A stretch of DNA of 64,000 bases. It comes from Candidatus Pacearchaeota archaeon (GTDB taxonomy: Archaea > Nanobdellota > Nanobdellia > Pacearchaeales > GW2011-AR1). The stretch is taken from positions 27,532 through 91,531 of the forward strand of contig JAGVXH010000002.1 in assembly GCA_018303845.1 (NCBI GenBank), given 5' to 3'. The notes beneath the pieces are model-generated. The model made no database searches. It was given only the letters and a program-made list of their open reading frames with translations, and was not told the origin of the DNA. The translations under genes and the position numbers were made by a program. Below, piece after piece: positions 10,175-20,559 of this stretch (position 1 is its first letter; every line of letters starts with the position of its first letter).

Positions 10175-11719
10175 TTATACTCGACTCTTCTTACTCTCAA
10201 TACCATACTTCTTCAAAATAATCTCAGGCATTTTCGCATAATCATTAATAATTCTCTGAACTTCATCGTAAGCAAAAACTTTATTCTGAAACAACGCATA
10301 AAGAAGCCTGGTTCGCGTCTCAAACTCCTGCTGCATCTCTTCCTTACCAAACCCATACCTCGCCCCAATTTTATCAAAAATTTTACTCTCCGTAGCATAA
10401 TAAAATTTATCATCAGCCGGATTCCACTTGAATGGAGTATTGGTAGTAGTAGTCCCATCGACTGCAATATTCACAACCTCAGTAACCTCTCTAAGTCGCC
10501 TAGTCTCTTTCCCATTAACAATCGCATGCGTCATAATCGCCATCGCATCAAGCCCATTAACAAGCATCGGAGACAAACTAATCGGAGGTGTCATAAGTCG
10601 TCGAACAATAGAATCAACCGAATCTCCATGCATAGTAGAAATCGAAGCATGACCTGAAGCCATTCCCTGAAATAAAACACTCGCCTCCGCACCTCGCACT
10701 TCACCAACAATTACATAATCCGGATTCTGTCTAAACGAACTCCTAAGCAAACTAAACATATCAACTTCACCAACACCAGCAGAAGAAACCCCACTTCTAA
10801 CAACTGACGGCAACCAATTCTCCCTAGGCAAATTCAACTCACGAGTATCCTCAATCGAAACAACCCTATTCTCTTGCGGAATAAAAAAAGCCAAAGCATT
10901 CAGAAGAGAAGTCTTACCAGAAGCCGTCCCACCAACAATCATCAAATTCGACTGATACTGCAAAAGAATCCAAAAATACGCCATCATCTCTGGACTAAGA
11001 GTATGAAATCCAAGCAACTGAGTAGGCGTCCAAGGAGTCTTGGTAAATTTACGAATCGTAAACGTCGGACCCTTCGAAGAAATATCCTGAGTATACGTAG
11101 CATTAACTCTTGACCCATCCGGCAAACTACCATCTAAAATCGGAGAAGCATAAGAAATATATCGTCCAGTCTTCTGTGCCAACTTCTCAACAAAACTCGA
11201 CAACTCATCCATATCCATAAACTTCGTCGTAGTCTTAATATTTCTAAAAACTCGATGAACAATATAAAGCGAATCCCCCATCCCATTACACTCCAAGTCC
11301 TCAATAAAATAATCCCTCATCATCGGCTCAATCTTATTTAGCCCAATAAAATCTCGATATATAAAATAAAACATCCTAAAATAAGAATCCTCTTCAACCT
11401 CTAAGCCCAACTCCGAAATAATCAACCGCGCCGTCTTATCAACATAATCAATCAAATTTTCAACAGACTGATCAACCGCAACCATATTGACATTAACAAC
11501 CTCCTTCATCGCCGACATAAGCCTATTCAAAATCACCCTTTCCTCCTCACTAACAATCGGCTCCTCAACATCATAGATAACCTCACCAAGCCTCGCATCA
11601 TAATAAACATGAACCGAAACATATGGCGCAATAACCATATACCTAACATCAATCTGGGTCCTATCTTTAAATGCAGGAATAGAAGGAACCTGTGGATTCA
11701 AATTTATATTCATCACCAT
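10175..11719 (-). CDS. Type II/IV secretion-type pilus assembly ATPase (ArlI/CpaF-like)
   Basis: LPDGSRVNAT, FTIRKF, Walker A GGTASGKT, SIEDTRE, RQNPDYVIVGEVRG, SGH..STMH. Confidence 0.93.
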   Translation of the reverse strand: MVMNINLNPQVPSIPAFKDRTQIDVRYMVIAPYVSVHVYYDARLGEVIYDVEEPIVSEEERVILNRLMSAMKEVVNVNMVAVDQSVENLIDYVDKTARLIISELGLEVEEDSYFRMFYFIYRDFIGLNKIEPMMRDYFIEDLECNGMGDSLYIVHRVFRNIKTTTKFMDMDELSSFVEKLAQKTGRYISYASPILDGSLPDGSRVNATYTQDISSKGPTFTIRKFTKTPWTPTQLLGFHTLSPEMMAYFWILLQYQSNLMIVGGTASGKTSLLNALAFFIPQENRVVSIEDTRELNLPRENWLPSVVRSGVSSAGVGEVDMFSLLRSSFRQNPDYVIVGEVRGAEASVLFQGMASGHASISTMHGDSVDSIVRRLMTPPISLSPMLVNGLDAMAIMTHAIVNGKETRRLREVTEVVNIAVDGTTTTNTPFKWNPADDKFYYATESKIFDKIGARYGFGKEEMQQEFETRTRLLYALFQNKVFAYDEVQRIINDYAKMPEIILKKYGIESKKSRV

Positions 11720-11807
11720 ATCTAAATCTAAAACACAATCAGATTATATAAAACTTCTTTCTTCCAATATTAACCAAAATAATAAAACATCCCAAAATCC
11801 ACACCAA

Positions 11808-12338
11808 TCACGCTTCCACAAATCCAATCACAATATTCCCACTCACATCCTTTCCAACATTCTCAATAATTAGTCTATACGGAGTCGGCGCAACATCAAA
11901 TTTTTTCTCTATAAAATCCCCTCCGGCATAGGTCAAATTCATCTTATACCCAATCTTCAACTCAACCTCATAATTCCCATTCTGCGTCGTAGTAACATTC
12001 ATATCCCCAAAAGGAACCGTCTGTCCAACCTGACTATAGGGAAAACTAGAATCCAAACTCCAAGAAATGCTATCCTCAGCCGGATTAATAATAAGTGAAC
12101 CTTTCTTTATTTCCAAATTAATAACTCGCCTATTCCCAGCGGCCCGACTAACCTCGTAAATCTTATCATCTATATTTGTCATCGCCTCAATCGACCGACT
12201 AATACTCATCTCATCCTTCTTCTGTTCTATCTTCGGCAAAGCCCCCGCCAAAACAAGCCCGATAATCGCAAGCCCAATCAAAGTATAAATCACAGTCTCA
12301 ACCCAAATCTGCCCACGGCAATTAAATAACCCCCTCAT
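11808..12338 (-). CDS. Pilin-like protein
   Basis: RG/QIWVETVIY class III signal. Confidence 0.75.
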   Translation of the reverse strand: MRGLFNCRGQIWVETVIYTLIGLAIIGLVLAGALPKIEQKKDEMSISRSIEAMTNIDDKIYEVSRAAGNRRVINLEIKKGSLIINPAEDSISWSLDSSFPYSQVGQTVPFGDMNVTTTQNGNYEVELKIGYKMNLTYAGGDFIEKKFDVAPTPYRLIIENVGKDVSGNIVIGFVEA

Positions 12339-12390
12339 ATATACAAAACAAAAATATTCTTTATATACTTATTGCAAATTCAAAAAATTC

Positions 12391-12411
12391 AAAAGCCCAT
12401 AAGGGCTAAAA
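12391..12411 (-). terminator. Hairpin plus T-run downstream of a pilin gene
   Basis: agccc-ataa-gggct flanked by A-runs on the + strand. Confidence 0.4.
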
Positions 12412-12436
12412 AAAATAAAAATAATTTAAAAATAAT

Positions 12437-12907
12437 TTAACAAGCTATCAATTTTACCGGAGCCAATGCATCACAGGTTTCATTTTTCCCACCAACTGTA
12501 ACAACAGGAGCAATAGAAACAGAATCAGCAATTACGGTATACGGTCTAACAAAAAGCACTTTCTCTTCATTAACATTAGGAAGAACAGTTAAAGTTCTAT
12601 TAGTAACAGACATAGTATTCCCATTAGTATCCGTAATTAAAATTTGAATAGCCTCTAATCCAACTTCTTTAGAACCATGTTTAACCTGAACCTGAACATG
12701 ATTAGCAACATCATTAAAACATGTATGCCCCTTGTTCTCGATTGATAGTGCAGTCATAGCATCCAAACAAACCGTTCCTCTAGCTAATTGATTATTAATC
12801 ATAGGGATGATTGTAGCCCAAATAATTGTGACAGCAGCAACAGTAATCAAAATTATCAACACCGTAGCGACTACTGCACTTATACCTTTCTTTTTATTCA
12901 TAATCAT
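12437..12907 (-). CDS. Archaeal type IV pilin (possible major pilin)
   Basis: KKG/ISAVVATVLIILITV; AGGAGG RBS upstream. Confidence 0.85.
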   Translation of the reverse strand: MIMNKKKGISAVVATVLIILITVAAVTIIWATIIPMINNQLARGTVCLDAMTALSIENKGHTCFNDVANHVQVQVKHGSKEVGLEAIQILITDTNGNTMSVTNRTLTVLPNVNEEKVLFVRPYTVIADSVSIAPVVTVGGKNETCDALAPVKLIAC

Positions 12908-12940
12908 ACCTCCTTTCATTTTGTTTTAAATTTCATTTAG

Positions 12941-13396
12941 TTAAAGCGTAACCCCCGAATCTATACAAGTAAACATACTATTAGCTGTTGTCCCCTGCGT
13001 CTTCCCAACCAAAACAGGATAAGCAATAATCTTATCTGGCACACTCCCATCCGCCATCTCAAAAGTAGCATAATCCCTCACGGACTTCCCAGCATCAATC
13101 TTAAACGAAAATCTTGCTGCCTCAGAATTTCCCTTGCCATCAAACATCTTAATATCCAAATATCTGATATTAATATCCCCAATATTCCTAATTTCTAACT
13201 CACTTCCAAATCTCGCAGCATCAAACTTTACCGCTCTACAACTTTCCTCAATTGGTTGTCCAAGCTTTTCAATCTGCTCACCAATAAATCCCCTCGCCCA
13301 TAAAAAAATAATAACAGCTAAAACCAAAACTAACAGAATCAACAACACACTCGCAATCACAGGCGACAAAGCCCTCTTTCCCACACTCTCTTCCAT
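12941..13396 (-). CDS. Archaeal type IV pilin
   Basis: KRA/LSPVIASVLLI. Confidence 0.85.
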   Translation of the reverse strand: MEESVGKRALSPVIASVLLILLVLVLAVIIFLWARGFIGEQIEKLGQPIEESCRAVKFDAARFGSELEIRNIGDINIRYLDIKMFDGKGNSEAARFSFKIDAGKSVRDYATFEMADGSVPDKIIAYPVLVGKTQGTTANSMFTCIDSGVTL

Positions 13397-13523
13397 GGAA
13401 TCTACCAGTTTCTATATTTTATAAATGTAGCTATTATTAACAAAAAATATCTCTTAGATAAAACGATCAATCCTAACTAAATTCTCAAAATTAAATTATT
13501 TGCCCCAAATTTTCCTCAAAAAA

Positions 13524-14018
13524 CTAAGAACAACTAACCTTCTGGGAAGTATGAGACTCACAGCTAATCTTCCCATCATCCATCAAATATGGCTGGACAT
13601 CAACCAAAGTAATATCCGTAAGCCCATAAGGAAGAAGAGAAGGGTCAGAAAAACGATATACAAATGACTTACTTTCCCCCGTCTTCAAGCCAAGTCCAAG
13701 CTCATCAAAAACATAAAATCCAAATTCGGCATCAGGCCTATCATGAACTCTCAAAATAAATCCATCAATATTAAACAATCCCTTATTTTTAAGCGTCACA
13801 GTCAAATTCCCACCGGCCCCCTTACTACACTCATAACTAGAAACAATCACATTAACATTCTCAGAACAAACAGCCACATCCTCCCCCTCAGCATAAAACT
13901 TCAACCAACCATAAACCAAAACAGACAAAGAAATGGTAATCGAAATCAACAAAACATAAGCAACCACATCACTAAGCCCCTTTCTATCGCCCCCTATTTT
14001 CCTCATCAAATCTCTCAT
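13524..14018 (-). CDS. Archaeal type IV pilin
   Basis: RKG/LSDVVAYVLLI. Confidence 0.8.
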   Translation of the reverse strand: MRDLMRKIGGDRKGLSDVVAYVLLISITISLSVLVYGWLKFYAEGEDVAVCSENVNVIVSSYECSKGAGGNLTVTLKNKGLFNIDGFILRVHDRPDAEFGFYVFDELGLGLKTGESKSFVYRFSDPSLLPYGLTDITLVDVQPYLMDDGKISCESHTSQKVSCS

Positions 14019-14142
14019 CTTACAAACTTTATAAAACTTCGCGCGACATCCAGCCCATCTAAATACCTAACAATCAAACCCATCCCAATCCTTTCTTCAT
14101 AATCAACTATCACAAAAATTATGCAACAAAATGCCATATTTT

Positions 14143-14754
14143 TTATTCCACAATAATATGTCGATCATCACCAACATTCTTCTGCATAATAAAAATAACC
14201 TGTCGGTATTTTGAAGTAGGAAATTCGAAAACATTCCCTTTAATTTCCACGGTAACATTAGTATTGCTTGCAAGGTTTCTCGCATCATCAATTGCAACTT
14301 GCATACTCGTAGAAATTTCACTATCAAAATCAACAATACTCTCATCAATCTCTTGGCACATTGCCTTCAAGCAAACCCGACTCGTTACCCCCGTATTCAA
14401 TCCCTCAACTTCAACCCCATCTATATAAACACTATCGCTCCCATAATTCTTCAATTCCATCTTCGTACTATTCCCATAAATAAAAATAAAATTACTACCC
14501 GAACTCCTCTCCTCAATCTCTCCCGCAAGCAGATTCACAAACTCCGTCAAATTTACACTCGAATCAAAACCACTATAAACCTCATAATCCAAAACCGCCC
14601 CAACCTCCCTTTTTACTTCATAGCTAAAATCATAAAAACTCCCAGGCTCCTCATTCCCAATAACCTTATTTGTCCCAGCTCCCAAGCTAATTATAACCGC
14701 CGAAATAATCACAGCGGCAAGCAAAAAAAACTGCCCACGCCTATTAATCACCAT
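14143..14754 (-). CDS. Pilin-like protein
   Basis: RRG/QFFLLAAVII class III signal. Confidence 0.7.
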   Translation of the reverse strand: MVINRRGQFFLLAAVIISAVIISLGAGTNKVIGNEEPGSFYDFSYEVKREVGAVLDYEVYSGFDSSVNLTEFVNLLAGEIEERSSGSNFIFIYGNSTKMELKNYGSDSVYIDGVEVEGLNTGVTSRVCLKAMCQEIDESIVDFDSEISTSMQVAIDDARNLASNTNVTVEIKGNVFEFPTSKYRQVIFIMQKNVGDDRHIIVE

Positions 14755-15046
14755 ACAACTATCTATTTCAAATCTTTATAAAATAATCGCAACCAAATTT
14801 TTCACAACCAATGGTAACCAAAAGCAAACCAATCCCATCATATAAAAATCATGCACGATTAAATTTTTAAATATCTACCACAAACCCGTACGAAAACCCC
14901 ATAAATTTTAATTAAAAAATATTATAACATAAACTCTCCAAACACATTTTTATTTTAATTAGACAATTTCGTGGCATAAAAAATTTCGCCGTGTGCAAAA
15001 GCACATAAGAAATTTTTTATCAAGAAATTGACAATTAAAATAAAAA

Positions 15047-15306
15047 TGTAGGCGAGCAAGAGCTCAAATCCACATAACAGAGGAAGACACTCATCCTCAG
15101 GTCTGCTACCCCCTAAGCACCTAAACCTTAACTTAGGGCTGCTGGAATTCCTCCCCCTGACCCAATTCATCAAAGCAAGATCAAAGAGGACAAACCTTCA
15201 ACGTCAAAATGTCAACATGTCAAACTTCATATCACTTACTTGCCTTGCGGTCCGTCATAAAGCCCATTTACGAACAGCGTGGGGCTAGCACGCCAACCTG
15301 CCTACA
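15047..15306 (-). ncRNA. ffs: Archaeal SRP (7S) RNA
   Basis: Minus strand has the helix-8 motif GGTCAGG-GGGA-GGAA-TTCC-AGCAGCCC; ends pair (TGTAGGC/GCCTACA); about 260 nt; TTTAAA upstream. Confidence 0.88.
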
Positions 15307-15357
15307 AAAAACAAAAGGTAAAAACCTTTAAAAGAGTTGTCATTCTCTTCCCTACAT

Positions 15358-15438
15358 GCCCACATCGCATATCGGTATTGCAGCGGATTGCTAATCCGCG
15401 CCCTCCGGGGCCGGCAGGTTCGACTCCTGCTGTGGGCG
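15358..15438 (+). tRNA. tRNA-Ser(GCT)
   Basis: GCCCACA/TGTGGGC acceptor stem, GCGGA-TTGCTAA-TCCGC anticodon arm, long variable arm, GTTCGAC. Confidence 0.95.
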
Positions 15439-15472
15439 TTCATTATCGAAACTGACGGCTTGACGGCTGGTT

Positions 15473-15538
15473 TAAAAAAAAATAAAGTTTTTCTTTAGGA
15501 ATCTTTGATTCCGTGTCCGAGTGTCTCTGACACGAAGG
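15473..15538 (+). repeat. Triple-hairpin element in a degenerate tRNA-Ser 3' copy
   Basis: Lies between GGCTGGTT and CGACTCCTACCGTAGGCA; ends GTGTCCGAG-tgtc-tct-gaca-CGAAGG. Confidence 0.85.
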
Positions 15539-15662
15539 CGACTCCTACCGTAGGCAGTCTAACAAAAATGCAATGTAATTGTAAACAACATTGTCACCGA
15601 CGCTGTTTGTAATCCCTATAAGATTACAAGAAAAACTTATAACTATAAACACCATCTAATAT

Positions 15663-15766
15663 CATTCGATTTATCAGCTTTGGCTTCGGTCAATTCAACC
15701 TAATCGAATGTTCGGCTTCGGTCGAATGGAAGAGAGGTGATGCATTAGAATCAATACTCTTCCATT
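15663..15766 (+). ncRNA. Candidate structured RNA with two C(UUCG)G hairpins
   Basis: Four stems; TTATAA about 25 nt upstream; no ORF. Confidence 0.45.
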
Positions 15767-15843
15767 TTACAATTACATTCAAAATAACAATATTTTCTCT
15801 TCTTCACCTAAATCCTTATAAACAAAATAGAATATCTCGCCAT

Positions 15844-16152
15844 ATGGAAAAAGACATCGGAAAAATAAAAAAGAACGACGAGACAGACATCATAATCAGA
15901 ATCGACGACTTCGGCGGGCAACCAGGTCTAACAATAAGAGAATTCGTTCACTCTCAAAATTACACAGGATTCACAAAAGCCGGCATAAGAATCAAATCAG
16001 AAAAATTAGCAGAATTCAAAGCAATGATAAATTCAGTAAGCCAAAGCGACCTCTTGCCACAAAAAATCCAAACCCCAAAAAAAACAGAGAGACAAGAACC
16101 AAAAGAAATTGACAGTGACGAATCTGGAATCGACGAAGAAGGATTAATGTAA
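15844..16152 (+). CDS. PC4/p15-family ssDNA-binding protein
   Basis: IRIDDFGG..LTIREF....YTGFTKAGIRI; acidic tail. Confidence 0.75.
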   Translation: MEKDIGKIKKNDETDIIIRIDDFGGQPGLTIREFVHSQNYTGFTKAGIRIKSEKLAEFKAMINSVSQSDLLPQKIQTPKKTERQEPKEIDSDESGIDEEGLM

Positions 16153-16233
16153 TTCGAATCATCTCTACAAAAATTTATAAAGACAAACAGGCAATAACAC
16201 AATAGGTGACATCGGCTTCTAGTCGAAAAATAT

Positions 16234-18168
16234 ATGAAAAAAAGAGGAATACAATACGTAGTAAAAAAAAGTGACGGATTCTACCCAAGCGAAGAAATGA
16301 AAAAAATCGCAAACATTACTGATCCTCAAATTTACGAAAAAGCAGCAAAAGACCCAATTGCTTTCTGGGGCAAAATGGCAAAGGAAGGTATAACATGGGA
16401 AAAGGAATGGGACAAAACTTATGTAGAAAAACTTCCATATTTTGAGTGGTTCAAAGGCGGAAAATTAAACTTCTCAGTAAACTGCCTAGACAGGCACCTA
16501 GCTCATCCAGACAAAACAGCACTAATCTGGGTGCCAGAACCAGATACAGAGCCCTCAATCAAAATCTCATACGAAGAACTCCATGACAAAGTCTGCAAAT
16601 TCGCAAACGTCCTAAAAGCAAACGGAGTCAAAAAAGGAGACGTCGTATCAATCTATCTACCAATGGTACCACAAGCCCTAATCGCAATGCTTTCATGCAC
16701 AAGAATCGGCGCAATCCATTCCGTAGTCTTCTCTGCATTTTCCGCAGACGCACTAAAAGCAAGAATAGAAGACGGCCAATCAAAAATCCTAATCACATCC
16801 GACGGATATTACCGAAGAGGGAAACCAGAAGACCTACTAACAAAAGCAAAAAACGCAGCAAAAAAAACAACCATTAAAAAAATAATAGTAGTAAATAGAA
16901 TTGGGAAAAAAGTCAGAGGAAGAAGATTTCTAAATTTCGAAGATGAAATAAAAAAAGCTCCATCATATTGTAAACCAGAAATGATGAACTCAGAAGACCC
17001 AATGTTCTTACTATATACATCAGGAACAACGGGAAGACCAAAAGGAATTGTCCACGATACTGGGGGCTATGCAACACAAGCCTACTGGACATGTAAATGG
17101 AATTTCGACCTACACCCAGAAGACATAATGTGGTGCACAGCAGATATCGGCTGGATTACAGGACATACCTACGCAATGTACGGGCCATTATTAACCGGAG
17201 CAACAACCCTAATCTACGAAGGCGGACCAGACTTTCCGAATCCAGGAAGATGGTGGAAAATAATCCAAGACCATAAAGTAAACGTATTCTACACCGCACC
17301 TACCGCAATAAGAATGTTTATGAAAACCCCACAAAAATGGATAACAAAATACGACCTCTCTTCAATAAAAATTCTAGGAACAGTAGGCGAACCAATAGAC
17401 AAAGAATCGTGGATGTGGTACTTCAGAACAATCGGAGGTTCTCGTTGCCCCGTAATAGATACCTGGTGGCAAACTGAAACTGGCGGAACCTTAATTAATA
17501 CGATTCCAGGAATCGGGCCATTCATACCAACAATATCAGGGAAAAGCTTCCCAGGAGTAAAACATATAATCGTAGACGACAAAGGATATCCAATGCCAAA
17601 AGGAAGGCAGGGTTTTCTCGCACAACAAAGTCCATTTGCACCAGGAATGTTACACGGAGTTTTCAACAACCACAAAAAATACGTAAGCACATACTGGGAA
17701 AAATTCAAAACAATGTACGACACATCCGACGGAGCCTATCTACAAAACGGACTAATAAGAATCACCGGAAGAACAGACGATGTAATGAAAGTAGCAGGAC
17801 ACAGGCTTGCAACAGCAGAAGTAGAAAACGCAATCCACGACAACAAAGTAGTAGGGGACTGCGCAGTAGTTCCAATGCCAGACAAAATAAAAGGACAAGT
17901 CCCAATCGCATTCGTAGTTCTAAAAAAAGGACACCCATCAAAAGACTTAGAACAAAAACTAAAAAAACACGTTGACATCAAAATAGGGCCGACTGCAAGA
18001 CCAGCAAGAATATTTTTCGTAGAAGACCTTCCAAAAACAAGATCAGGAAAAATAATGAGGAGAATCCTAAAATCACTCTTGATTAAGGAAGAACCAGAAG
18101 GATTAATGACCTTAGTAAACCCTTCATCCGTGGAAAAAATTAAAGATACAATCACAGAAAACCCATGA
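16234..18168 (+). CDS. acs: Acetyl-CoA synthetase (AMP-forming)
   Basis: YTSGTTGRPKG, DTWWQTETGG, GRTDDV, PKTRSGKIMRR. Confidence 0.96.
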   Translation: MKKRGIQYVVKKSDGFYPSEEMKKIANITDPQIYEKAAKDPIAFWGKMAKEGITWEKEWDKTYVEKLPYFEWFKGGKLNFSVNCLDRHLAHPDKTALIWVPEPDTEPSIKISYEELHDKVCKFANVLKANGVKKGDVVSIYLPMVPQALIAMLSCTRIGAIHSVVFSAFSADALKARIEDGQSKILITSDGYYRRGKPEDLLTKAKNAAKKTTIKKIIVVNRIGKKVRGRRFLNFEDEIKKAPSYCKPEMMNSEDPMFLLYTSGTTGRPKGIVHDTGGYATQAYWTCKWNFDLHPEDIMWCTADIGWITGHTYAMYGPLLTGATTLIYEGGPDFPNPGRWWKIIQDHKVNVFYTAPTAIRMFMKTPQKWITKYDLSSIKILGTVGEPIDKESWMWYFRTIGGSRCPVIDTWWQTETGGTLINTIPGIGPFIPTISGKSFPGVKHIIVDDKGYPMPKGRQGFLAQQSPFAPGMLHGVFNNHKKYVSTYWEKFKTMYDTSDGAYLQNGLIRITGRTDDVMKVAGHRLATAEVENAIHDNKVVGDCAVVPMPDKIKGQVPIAFVVLKKGHPSKDLEQKLKKHVDIKIGPTARPARIFFVEDLPKTRSGKIMRRILKSLLIKEEPEGLMTLVNPSSVEKIKDTITENP

Positions 18169-19688
18169 AACTAAATATAACTATAGGCGGATACGCAGGA
18201 CAAGGAATAAACAAAGTTTCGCAAATTTTCTCAAATGTTCTAAGCGCCCACGGCTACTTCACCTTCAACTACCGAGACTACGCTTCCCTAATAAGAGGCG
18301 GACACAACTTCAACACGTTAGCAATATCAGACACACCAATAGAATCTCACGACGCCAAAATAGATGTCTTAATAACACTAGATGAACGAACACTAAAAAC
18401 TCATAAACAAGCCCTCAAAAAAAACGGCATACTAATCTCAGGCGAACAATTCGAAAGCCTAGGCAGAAACCAAAATGTAGCACTAGCAGGATGCCTAACA
18501 AAAATATTTGGTATACCATTTGAAACTCTTGAAAACGAAATCAAATCCCAATTCAAAAATTCAGAAGAAGCAATCATCGCAGCAAAGCAAGGATACGACT
18601 CACAAGAAACATCTCAAGAACTACCAAAGCTAAAAAATTCGCCTACAATTCTAGCAGGATCCCAAGCAATCGCAATCGGTGCAATCAATTCTGGATTACA
18701 AGTCTACATCGCATATCCGATGACACCAGCAACAAACGCAATGCACGAACTAGCAGAAAACCAACTCGAAAATAATATGATAGTATTCCAAGCAGAAAAC
18801 GAAATAGCAGCAATATCAATGGCGCTAGGTGCTTCATTCGCAGGCTCCAAAGTAATGACCGGAACCTCAGGCGGAGGATTTGACTTAATGTCTGAAACTC
18901 TTTCTATGCAAGGAATGTCAGAAATCCCCCTAACAGTATACCTAGCTTCCCGTGCAGGACCAGCAACAGGCGTCCCGACCTACACCGCACAATCCGACCT
19001 AGACATCGCACTTCGAGCAGGACACGGAGATTTCCCAAGAGTAGTTGTAGCGCCAGGAAACCCAACCGAACTAATTCAGAAAACCTCCGAAGCATTATTC
19101 TTGAGCGAAAAATTCAAAACACTTTCAATAATTTTATCAGACAAACATCTAGCAGAATCCGAATTTTCTTCCACAGAAAAACCATACAAATTCCCAACAT
19201 TCAATGTAACACGACCTATACCAGGTTCATCCCTAGTAAAAAATTCCTCTTATGAATCAGACAAATTCGGCAATTCAACAGAATCGTACACAATAACCGA
19301 AGAAAACGCGAACAAAAGAATCCAAAAATACGAAGACATAAAACAATATGTAAGAAAAAATTTCGAAATGATAAAAATTCATGGAAACAAAAAATCCAAA
19401 AACCTAATCATCGGATGGGGCTCAACTTCGGGAGCAATCAAAGATGCAATCAAAGACCTCGATGCCAAATTCCTCCAAGTCATTTATTGCAAACCACTTT
19501 CCCCTCAAATAAAAAAAGAAATAGAAAAGGCGGACAAAGTAATCCTAGTAGAATGCAACGTAACTGGACAACTAGGAAGATTAATCAGAGAAAAAACTGG
19601 AATCAAAATCAAAAACCGATTACTAAAATATAACGGCAGACCATTCCACACCGACGAACTAAACAAATTAATCAAAAGCATAATATGA
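18165..19688 (+). CDS. korA: 2-oxoacid:ferredoxin oxidoreductase alpha subunit (gamma-alpha fusion)
   Basis: GGYAGQG, IRGGHN, YPMTPAT, TSGGGFDLM, ECNVTGQL. Confidence 0.92.
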   Translation: MKLNITIGGYAGQGINKVSQIFSNVLSAHGYFTFNYRDYASLIRGGHNFNTLAISDTPIESHDAKIDVLITLDERTLKTHKQALKKNGILISGEQFESLGRNQNVALAGCLTKIFGIPFETLENEIKSQFKNSEEAIIAAKQGYDSQETSQELPKLKNSPTILAGSQAIAIGAINSGLQVYIAYPMTPATNAMHELAENQLENNMIVFQAENEIAAISMALGASFAGSKVMTGTSGGGFDLMSETLSMQGMSEIPLTVYLASRAGPATGVPTYTAQSDLDIALRAGHGDFPRVVVAPGNPTELIQKTSEALFLSEKFKTLSIILSDKHLAESEFSSTEKPYKFPTFNVTRPIPGSSLVKNSSYESDKFGNSTESYTITEENANKRIQKYEDIKQYVRKNFEMIKIHGNKKSKNLIIGWGSTSGAIKDAIKDLDAKFLQVIYCKPLSPQIKKEIEKADKVILVECNVTGQLGRLIREKTGIKIKNRLLKYNGRPFHTDELNKLIKSII

Positions 19689-20548
19689 AAATCCAATTAG
19701 ATACAACTTCAGAAAAGACCTGGTGCCCAGGCTGCCCAAACCACATGATACTAGCATCGGTAAAACAAACCATAACAGAACTAATCGAATCCAAAACTTA
19801 CAAACAAACCGATTTCGCAATAACAACCGACATTGGATGCCACGCAAAAATCTTCGACTACATAAACCTCTCAGGAATCTATTGCCTTCACGGAAGAGCT
19901 CTCCCTACAGCAATCGGAATAAAACTAGGAAACCCTTCATTAAAAGTCTTAAGCTTCGTAGGAGATGGAGGAATGTATTCAGAAGGAATGGCACACTTCA
20001 TCCACGCTTTCAAGCACAACGCCAACATGACACTAATCCTTCACGACAATCAATCTTTCTCCCTAACAACAGGACAACCAAGTCCAACCACTCAACAAGG
20101 TTACATCTCAAAAGCCTCTCCATTAGGAACAGCAGACCGACCATTCAACCCAATTAAACTAGCCCTAGCGGCAAATGCAACTTTCGTAGCAAGAACATCT
20201 GCAAAAGACATGAAACACATGTCAGAAATATTTACAAAAGCAATCGAACACAATGGTTTCTCATTTGTAGAAATAATCCAAGACTGCCTTATCTTCAACG
20301 CAGAAGCAAACAACAAAGACAGCTTAATGTATAAAATCAAAGACAATAAAAGCCTAGAACAAGCAGAAAAATTAGCAAGAGAATTCGACTATAATTCAAA
20401 ATCAGGAAAAATTCCAATTGGGGTAATTTACCAATCAGCCGAAAGATCCCTAGAAGATAAATGGCCACAACTAAAAAAACAACTTAATCTCAAATCTAAC
20501 ATAACAAAAAAACCAAGCATCTTAGACAAACTAATTCCAACTAAATAA
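19685..20548 (+). CDS. korB: 2-oxoacid:ferredoxin oxidoreductase beta subunit
   Basis: WCPGC, IGC, HGRALP, TPP motif GDGG..DN, LTTGQPSPTT. Confidence 0.92.
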   Translation: MKIQLDTTSEKTWCPGCPNHMILASVKQTITELIESKTYKQTDFAITTDIGCHAKIFDYINLSGIYCLHGRALPTAIGIKLGNPSLKVLSFVGDGGMYSEGMAHFIHAFKHNANMTLILHDNQSFSLTTGQPSPTTQQGYISKASPLGTADRPFNPIKLALAANATFVARTSAKDMKHMSEIFTKAIEHNGFSFVEIIQDCLIFNAEANNKDSLMYKIKDNKSLEQAEKLAREFDYNSKSGKIPIGVIYQSAERSLEDKWPQLKKQLNLKSNITKKPSILDKLIPTK

Positions 20549-20559
20549 AAGGAGTAAAA

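Noticed and set aside
14955-15173. 72-aa ORF from the track
   Set aside because: It overlaps the SRP RNA and has no protein features.
15513-15538. Hammerhead ribozyme reading of the GA-G[stem]C-GAA core
   Set aside because: The required CUGANGA is absent (reads TGTCCGA) and no stems I/III with an NUH site are evident.
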